A DNA stretch of 64,000 nt from Thermoplasmata archaeon (lineage in GTDB: Archaea > Thermoplasmatota > Thermoplasmata > Lutacidiplasmatales > UBA184), in contig DATJRX010000028.1 of NCBI GenBank assembly GCA_035504395.1, forward strand, positions 20,717 through 84,716, in the 5' to 3' direction. The notes beneath the pieces were generated by a model that saw nothing but the letters and a program-made list of their open reading frames with translations, had not been told where the DNA came from and did not search any database. This document shows, one piece after another, positions 34,919 through 40,862 of the stretch (position 1 is the stretch's first letter; each line of letters begins with the position of its first letter). Made by a program: the position numbers and the translations under genes.

Positions 34919-35149
34919 CTAGATGACGCCGAGCAGGAGGATGATCCCCAGCACGAACCCGATGATCCAGAGCGTCTCGGGGATCACGAAGAAGAACAGG
35001 ACCTGGCCGAACTTCTCCGGCTTCTCGGCGATGATCCCCATGCCCGCGGCGCCGATCCCGGACTGGGCCATGCCCGTACCGATCAGCCCCCCCGCGATCG
35101 CGATCCCGGCGGCAATTGCCTCGGCCGCGGTGACGGTGTCACTGACCAT
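34919..35149 (-). CDS. atpK: A-type ATP synthase proteolipid subunit K (c-subunit)
   Basis: 76-aa helical hairpin with a Gly-rich helix 1 (AIAAGIAIAGGLIGTGMAQSGIGAAG) and the ion-binding Glu in VIPETLWIIG. Confidence 0.9.
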   Translation of the reverse strand: MVSDTVTAAEAIAAGIAIAGGLIGTGMAQSGIGAAGMGIIAEKPEKFGQVLFFFVIPETLWIIGFVLGIILLLGVI

Positions 35150-35180
35150 GTGCGAACCCCGGCGCCCGAAAAAGGTGGGG

Positions 35181-35186
35181 TATATA
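35181..35186 (-). promoter_or_regulatory. TATA box for the atpKEC operon
   Basis: A perfect tatata sits in an otherwise GC-rich spacer, 32-37 nt upstream of the atpK ATG at 35149. An A-rich tract (ccgaaaaagg on the plus strand) lies between the box and the ATG. Confidence 0.5.
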
Positions 35187-35263
35187 GCCCCGACCCTGCG
35201 GTCCCCGGCGGGCGGCTGGATTTCTGACGGAGGAGCGCGGTCCGGAGGGCCCCGGAAACCGCC

Positions 35264-35743
35264 TCAGGCGGCCGCGTCTGCGGGCACCACGTCTGGCGGG
35301 GCGCGCTGGGCCGCGACCATGCGGCGGACGAGGAGGAGTGCACCGATCCACGCGAGGATCCCGAAGCAGTACGCCGACGCGCAGACGGGGCAGAGCGCCC
35401 CGATCCGGAACACCTCGACGTAGAGCAGGTACATCGAAAGTCCGACGCCCGCGGTCGTGAGGCCCAGGAGGCCGTAGGCGTAGCGCAGGTCGCGACGGTG
35501 GCGCTCGGCGAGCGCGGCCGAGATCAGGATCCCGACGAACCCCGCGATCCCCCATATCCAGTCCTGGACCCCGAGGGTCGTGGTCAGGCCGCTCTTGTCG
35601 ACCGTGGCGCAGTTGATCGTGGTGTTGGGGGAGCAGATCGCCGTCAGCGCGACGTCGAAGAACTCCGCCGCGGCGAACAGGGCAACGATGAGCCCGAGAC
35701 CCGCGGAGAAGTAGATCAGGGTCCTCAGGGAGCGGATCCGCAC
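35264..35743 (-). CDS. Vitamin K epoxide reductase (VKOR) family membrane protein
   Basis: 159 aa with four predicted TM helices. It has a loop cysteine pair (CSPNTTINC) and a CxxC (CPVC) at the start of the last helix, the VKOR arrangement. Confidence 0.75.
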   Translation of the reverse strand: MRIRSLRTLIYFSAGLGLIVALFAAAEFFDVALTAICSPNTTINCATVDKSGLTTTLGVQDWIWGIAGFVGILISAALAERHRRDLRYAYGLLGLTTAGVGLSMYLLYVEVFRIGALCPVCASAYCFGILAWIGALLLVRRMVAAQRAPPDVVPADAAA

Positions 35744-35753
35744 GGCGCCCGCC

Positions 35754-36977
35754 TCACGAGATCGCCGACATCTGCTGCCCGACCAGCGTCTGCATCCCCG
35801 AGGTCCACTGGTAGTCCGAGGGGTTGTGCAGCCCCGGGTTCGCGGTGAGGAAGGCGGAGACCGACCCGTAGCCGTCGCTCTTGAGGATGAACGCGCAGAT
35901 CAGGGCGGACTGGGCCTGCTCGACCGACCACGGGGTGCCGGTCTCGGTCAGCACGTCCTGAGCGACCGTGCTCACCCCGGTCCCCGCGTAGCTCGACAGG
36001 TCGTTCGGGTCGATCAGCGAACTCCCGCCGTGGACGTACTGTCCGTTGATCACGACGAACGGGATCGAGCTGCCGGAGTAGGCCGTGACGTACGCCTGCT
36101 GCACGCAGTTCGAGGTCCCCGGGAAGGTACCGGCGGTGCCGGTGCTCTGGGTCCAGTAGTACTCGGACACCTGGAACGACACGACCGGAGAGCTCACCGC
36201 AGCGGAAGCGAGGACGACCTCGGGAGTATTCGGATAGACGTCGGACGGATTGGAGTAGTAGAATTGGGTCCCGGGAATCCCCGTGGTCTGACCGTTGAAA
36301 CCGGACTGGAACTCGGTGAGGGCCTTCCAGAGCGCCCAGCTGCTCGCGGAGCAGTACGGACACCATGTGGCGCCGTAGAAGTAGAAGACCGGGTGGCCGT
36401 TGTCCTGCCAGGGGGTCATCGACCCGGACGCCCAGCCCTGGGGCTGCGCGGTCAGCGAGGTGGCCGGCGGAAGGTACGGGCAGCCGAACGCAAGGTAGCC
36501 GGTGAGCCCGATGATCCCGCTCACCACGAACCCGAGCACGACCGCCCCGATGAGCGTGGTCCGGAGGACCGGCGTCCATCGGCGGCCCGGGGTCCGGAGC
36601 AGGCCGTAGATGAGGACGAACGCCGCCCCCGCGAGGCCGAGGCCCAGCCACGGGATCGCCGGCACGAGGATGCCGACCGGCGACGGGGCGACGTACGCGA
36701 GGACCATCCAGATCCCGAGGATCGGGGTGAGGAGCATCCCGACGCGCGCGAAGGTCCAACGGCGTTCCTCGGCCGCCCGATCGACCTTCTTCGGCCGATC
36801 CTCCACGACCTCCCGTCGGCCGCCGCGCCGCTGCTGCCGGTGGTAGAGCGCCCGGAGCGCCCGGCCGGGCTCCGTGACCGAGGCCTCGGGGTGGAAGCCG
36901 ACGTCCTCGTCGTCCGCGATCCGGTCCCAGCCCCAGCCCTTACCGCGGAGCTCCTCGACCCGGTCCCAGTCGACCAT
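35754..36977 (-). CDS. Membrane-anchored thioredoxin-like protein with a WCPYC motif (DUF929-like)
   Basis: 407 aa with a cytoplasmic basic N-terminus and 3-4 TM helices. A Ser/Thr/Tyr/Gly-rich external domain follows, containing FYFYGATWCPYCSASSWALWKAL. The DUF929 name is recalled from memory. It lies directly upstream of VKOR on the same strand. Confidence 0.65.
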   Translation of the reverse strand: MVDWDRVEELRGKGWGWDRIADDEDVGFHPEASVTEPGRALRALYHRQQRRGGRREVVEDRPKKVDRAAEERRWTFARVGMLLTPILGIWMVLAYVAPSPVGILVPAIPWLGLGLAGAAFVLIYGLLRTPGRRWTPVLRTTLIGAVVLGFVVSGIIGLTGYLAFGCPYLPPATSLTAQPQGWASGSMTPWQDNGHPVFYFYGATWCPYCSASSWALWKALTEFQSGFNGQTTGIPGTQFYYSNPSDVYPNTPEVVLASAAVSSPVVSFQVSEYYWTQSTGTAGTFPGTSNCVQQAYVTAYSGSSIPFVVINGQYVHGGSSLIDPNDLSSYAGTGVSTVAQDVLTETGTPWSVEQAQSALICAFILKSDGYGSVSAFLTANPGLHNPSDYQWTSGMQTLVGQQMSAIS

Positions 36978-37088
36978 CCGCGAATCCTAGCCGGGGGCCC
37001 CTTTTCCTCTTTGCCGTCCCTCGCCCGGACCCCCTCGCGCGTCCCGGACCCCCACGGCCTTTTACCCGGGCGCCGCTGGCGGTGGGCC

Positions 37089-37991
37089 ATGCGGATCACC
37101 TTCCTCGGGACCGCGGGCTCCTGGCCCACGAAGGAACGCTCGGCCAGCGCGATCGCCCTCGACCTCGACCGGGAGCTGATCCTCCTCGACTGCGGCGAGG
37201 GCACCCAGCGGCAGTTCTTCCAGTCGCCCGCCTCGTTCATGCGGGTGCGGCGCATCTTCCTCACCCACTTCCACGGCGACCACTTCCTCGGGCTCCCCGG
37301 GCTCATCCAGAGCATGAACCTGAACAACCGGACCGAGGCGCTCGACATCTACGGCCCACCCGACGCGAAGGAGATGGTCGCCCGGGCGCTCTCGATGGGC
37401 TACTTCACCCAGCGGTTCCCGATCGCGGTGCACGCGCTCGACCCCGGCACGACGGTCGAGCTCGACGGCTACTCGGTCTCGACCTCGCACGCGGAGCACC
37501 CGGTTCCGGCGATGGCGTACCGGGTCGAGGAGGGGCCCAAGCGCGGCCGGTTCGACGGGGCGCTCGCCCGGTCGCTCGGCATCGAGGGGGCCGACTTCCG
37601 CCGCCTCGAGGCGGGGGAGAGCGTGCGGGTCGGGGATCGGGTCGTCCATCCGGACGACGTGATGGGCCCGCCGCGGTCGGGCCGGTCGATCGTCTACTCG
37701 GGCGACTCCGCCCCGTGCGACGACGTTCGGCGGCTCGCGCACCGGGCGACGGTCCTCATCCACGAGTCGACCGCCGCGCACGATCTCGAGGCGGAGGCGA
37801 ACGCCTGGGGCCACTCGTCCGCCCGACAGGCCGCGGAGCTCGCGCGCGCGGCCGAGGTCGGCGCGCTGTTCCTCACGCACTTCTCCTCTCGCTACAAGGA
37901 GCTCGAGCCGCTCGAGGACGAGGCCCGGGTCGTCTTCCCCGGGTCGCGGGCGGCGCGGGACCTGCTCGACCACCTCGTCCACCAACCATGA
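37089..37991 (+). CDS. rnz: Ribonuclease Z (tRNA 3' endonuclease)
   Basis: MRITFLGTAGSWPT...LLDCGEGTQRQ...IFLTHFHGDHFLGLPGL...GDS...HEST...GHSS...LTHFSSRY are metallo-beta-lactamase/RNase Z motifs, including HxHxDH. Confidence 0.9.
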   Translation: MRITFLGTAGSWPTKERSASAIALDLDRELILLDCGEGTQRQFFQSPASFMRVRRIFLTHFHGDHFLGLPGLIQSMNLNNRTEALDIYGPPDAKEMVARALSMGYFTQRFPIAVHALDPGTTVELDGYSVSTSHAEHPVPAMAYRVEEGPKRGRFDGALARSLGIEGADFRRLEAGESVRVGDRVVHPDDVMGPPRSGRSIVYSGDSAPCDDVRRLAHRATVLIHESTAAHDLEAEANAWGHSSARQAAELARAAEVGALFLTHFSSRYKELEPLEDEARVVFPGSRAARDLLDHLVHQP

Positions 37992-39253
37992 TCCGGGCCG
38001 ACCTCCTCGTCACCGAGGTCGCCGAGGTCGCCACGCTCGCCACGGGCCCGGTCCCCCGAATCGGGCCGGCGATGGGCGAGCTCTCGGTCGTCCGCGACGC
38101 GACGATCGCGGTCGCCGGCGGCCGGATCGCCTGGATCGGCCCCGCGCGGCGGCGCGCCCGGGAGGTCCGGCTCGCCCCGGGCGGGCGGACCCGATCGGCC
38201 GAGGGCGGGACGGTCGTGCCGGGGTTCGTCGATCCCCACACCCATGTGCTGTTCGCGGGCGATCGCGCGTTCGAGCTCCCGTTCCGGGCGACCGGGGCGG
38301 GCTACGCCGAGATCGCCCGACGCGGGGGCGGCATCTTCGCGACCGTGCGCGCGACGCGGGCCGCGTCGGACGCGACGCTGCTGCGGGAGACCGCCGCGCG
38401 CCTCCGTCGGATGGCCCGCTTCGGCTCGGCCGCGGTCGAGGTGAAGAGCGGCTACGCGCTCGACGTCGCCGGCGAGCTGAGGCTCCTCCGGCTCGTCCCG
38501 CGCCTTGCGCGGGCGACGGGCCTCCCGCTGGTCCCGACGTTCCTCGGCGCCCATGCCGTTCCGCCCGAGTACGCGGGCCGGGCCGATGCGTACATCGACC
38601 GCCTCGTCCGCCTCGCGCTGCCGACGATCGCCCGGGAGCGGCTCGCGCGGTACTGCGACGTCTTCTGCGAGCCCGGATTCTTTACGCCGGCGCAGTCGGA
38701 GCGGCTGCTCCGGGCCGCGGCCGGCCTCGGGCTCGGCGTGAAGGTGCACGCGGACGAGTTCGTCCTCTCCGGCGGGGCCCGGCTCGCCGCCCGCCTCGGC
38801 GCCGCGAGCGCGGACCACCTCCTCGCGGCGACCGCGGGCGACCGCCGCGCGCTCGCCCGGGCCGGGGTCACGGCGGTCCTCCTGCCGCTCACGGCGCTCG
38901 CGGCGGCGCCCACCGGCCGGATCCCCGGCCGCGAGATGATCGACGCGGGCGTGGCGGTGGCGCTCGGCACCGACTGCTCGCCGAACACCTGGGTCGAGTC
39001 GATGCCGCTCGTGCTCGCCCACGCGGTCCACCGCGGCCGGCTCTCGCCGGCGGAAGCGCTCTCGGCGGCGACCGTGAACGCCGCGCACGCGATCGGCCTC
39101 GCCGACCGGGGCCGGCTCGTCCCCGGCGCCCCGGCCGATTTCTCGGTGTTCGCCTTCTCGTCCGTCGAGCAGCTCGGGTACCGGTTCGACGCGGATCCGG
39201 CCGCGATTTACCGTCAGGGAAACCCCGTTTTCTCGGCGGTACTCCGAGAGTAA
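37988..39253 (+). CDS. hutI: Imidazolonepropionase-like amidohydrolase
   Basis: ATGA overlap with the rnz stop. Motifs are GFVDPHTHVLFAG, GGGIFATVRATR, EVKSGYAL, TFLGAHAVPPEY, CDVFCEPGFF, KVHADE and ALGTDCSPN. Confidence 0.8.
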   Translation: MIRADLLVTEVAEVATLATGPVPRIGPAMGELSVVRDATIAVAGGRIAWIGPARRRAREVRLAPGGRTRSAEGGTVVPGFVDPHTHVLFAGDRAFELPFRATGAGYAEIARRGGGIFATVRATRAASDATLLRETAARLRRMARFGSAAVEVKSGYALDVAGELRLLRLVPRLARATGLPLVPTFLGAHAVPPEYAGRADAYIDRLVRLALPTIARERLARYCDVFCEPGFFTPAQSERLLRAAAGLGLGVKVHADEFVLSGGARLAARLGAASADHLLAATAGDRRALARAGVTAVLLPLTALAAAPTGRIPGREMIDAGVAVALGTDCSPNTWVESMPLVLAHAVHRGRLSPAEALSAATVNAAHAIGLADRGRLVPGAPADFSVFAFSSVEQLGYRFDADPAAIYRQGNPVFSAVLRE

Positions 39254-39264
39254 ATTCAAATAGG
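39251..39264 (+). promoter_or_regulatory. TATA-like box for the small basic protein gene
   Basis: taaattcaaatagg lies 35-48 nt upstream of ATG 39299. Confidence 0.45.
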
Positions 39265-39298
39265 ACCCCCAACTCTCTCGCCGGTCGAGGTCGCCACA

Positions 39299-39514
39299 AT
39301 GGCGGAGAAAGTCGGCAAGGAGCAGATCAAGCGCGAGAAGGGATACCTGTACTACCTCGGGAAGGACGGGTACCTGTGGAAGACGCCCACGAAGCTCAAC
39401 AAGTCGGGCAAGAAGGGACGCGTCGGGACCGAGAAGATCACCCGCCAGGACGGCTACATGTACTTCCTGGACAAGAAGGGGTTCGTCTCCCGCGCCAAGA
39501 TGAAGAACGCCTGA
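39299..39514 (+). CDS. Small Lys-rich protein with an internal tandem repeat (candidate nucleic-acid-binding protein)
   Basis: 71 aa: MAEKVGKEQIKREKGYLYYLGKDGYLWKTPTKLNKSGKKGRVGTEKITRQDGYMYFLDKKGFVSRAKMKNA. Codon usage is clearly less GC-biased than its neighbours. It has its own TATA-like box and its own terminator. Confidence 0.6.
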   Translation: MAEKVGKEQIKREKGYLYYLGKDGYLWKTPTKLNKSGKKGRVGTEKITRQDGYMYFLDKKGFVSRAKMKNA

Positions 39515-39534
39515 ACGGCGCCCACTCTTTCCAC

Positions 39535-39574
39535 GGGAACCTCCCCTCGGGGAGGTTCCCTCCCACGTTTTTTT
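39535..39574 (+). terminator. Hairpin plus T7 tract (terminator-like)
   Basis: gggaacctcc(cc tc gg)ggaggttccc forms a perfect 10-12 bp stem at 39535-39560. It is followed by ttttttt at 39568-39574, about 20 nt after the stop of the small basic protein gene. Confidence 0.5.
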
Positions 39575-39639
39575 CCCGGTTCGGCTGCGCCGGAGCCTCA
39601 AAATACCCGAGCTCGGTTCGCCAGCCGGAGCCCGCACCG

Positions 39640-39798
39640 GTGACCTGCCGCAACGACCCCGACGACCCCCGCAAGTGCGAGCGGTGCGGCGCGTTCCTCT
39701 GGGTCGCGGACGAGGGGCTGTACTGCGGCGACTGCGGGAGCCTCATGCCCTGCACGATGCGCGTGCTGCCGCCCCCGCCGGTTCCGCGGCGGGCGTGA
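39640..39798 (+). CDS. Possible small zinc-ribbon protein
   Basis: In-frame GTG 39640 within track ORF 39376-39798. The product is VTCRNDPDDPRKCERCGAFLWVADEGLYCGDCGSLMPC.... An aaaata patch lies about 35 nt upstream. Start and reality are uncertain. Confidence 0.3.
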   Translation: MTCRNDPDDPRKCERCGAFLWVADEGLYCGDCGSLMPCTMRVLPPPPVPRRA

Positions 39799-39823
39799 CG
39801 CGCGGTCGACCCCGGGAGGTCGC

Positions 39824-40498
39824 ATGGCCGACCCGGCGGTGCGGGACGCGTGGGAGGCGGAGTACCGTGCCGGCCGGTACCGGGACGAACCCCCGCTCGC
39901 CTTCGTCCAGGACCTGATCGCGGCGGCGCGCGCCCACGGGATCGACCGAGGGCTCTACGTGGGGTGCGGCAACGGACGCAACTTCGTCCCGCTCGTCGAG
40001 GCCGGTCTGGACCTGGATGGACTCGACGTCGCGCCCACCGCGATCGCGCAGCTCGCCGAGCGCCTTCCCTCGAGCGCCCCTCGGCTCCGGGTAGGCGATC
40101 TCGCCTCCCTCCCCGAGGGCGCGCGGTACCCGATGGTGCTCGGACTGCAGGTCTTTCAGCATGGCGACCGGGCCGCGTGCCACGCGCACGTCGCGGCAGC
40201 CGCGCGCGCGGTCGCGCCGGGCGGCCTCCTCGGACTCAGCGTCAACGCGGTCGGAACCGACCTCGCGTACGCGGCGACGGTGACGGAACGCGGGCCGGAC
40301 TCGGGGTTTACCGTCCGGTATCGGGCAGGACCGAAGCGCGGACTGCTCGTCCACTTCTTCGATGCGGTCGAGCTCACCCGTGCGATCCCGGAAGGATTCT
40401 CGCCGGTGCTCGGCCCGCGCCTCGTCCGCCACCCCCGCGATCCACCGTCCTCGGGCGTCTGGTGTCAATGGGAGGGGATCTGGGTCCGTGCACAGTAG
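39824..40498 (+). CDS. Class I SAM-dependent methyltransferase
   Basis: Motif I is LYVGCGNGRNFVPL, followed by the acidic loop LDGLDVAP and later GLQVFQHGDR and APGGLLGLSV. Confidence 0.7.
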   Translation: MADPAVRDAWEAEYRAGRYRDEPPLAFVQDLIAAARAHGIDRGLYVGCGNGRNFVPLVEAGLDLDGLDVAPTAIAQLAERLPSSAPRLRVGDLASLPEGARYPMVLGLQVFQHGDRAACHAHVAAAARAVAPGGLLGLSVNAVGTDLAYAATVTERGPDSGFTVRYRAGPKRGLLVHFFDAVELTRAIPEGFSPVLGPRLVRHPRDPPSSGVWCQWEGIWVRAQ

Positions 40499-40814
40499 TT
40501 TCGCCCGATCCGGACCGCGGATCGATCCCCGCGCTCCAGCCCCGGACGGCGCCCGTGCTCGGCCGCGCTCCGGGCGGACGGTTCCGTTCTTCCGGAGGAA
40601 CGGGTTGTGCGCTTCGAGCGACGCGCGCCGGCGGTAGTTGCGCACTTCTCCGACCATCTTGGCTTATACCAAAACGGTCTTGGCGCCACCCGGAGGTTTT
40701 CGACGGGTGTCCCGAGCGGCACCGGTGGCGTCTTCGCCCCTTTCCTCCGCCCCGGAACGGCTCTCTCTCGAGGCGTTCCACGGCGGGCGACGAGGGGATA
40801 GGCTGCGCCGGTAT

Positions 40815-40824
40815 CGTTAATACT
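40815..40824 (+). promoter_or_regulatory. Proximal TATA-like box upstream of nrdJ
   Basis: cgttaatact lies about 40 nt upstream of ATG 40863. It has the same cgTTAA core as the boxes at 3213 and 25126. Confidence 0.4.
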
Positions 40825-40862
40825 CCGGCACACCCCCGTCGCCCCCTCCTGGAGAACCATCC

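Noticed and set aside
40499-40862. Cobalamin riboswitch upstream of the B12-dependent RNR
   Set aside because: I could not find a B12-box-like element or the conserved GGTG/GCCACTG-type core. Known B12 riboswitches also typically repress B12-independent enzymes or B12 uptake, not a B12-dependent RNR. I kept the region only as an unexplained long leader.
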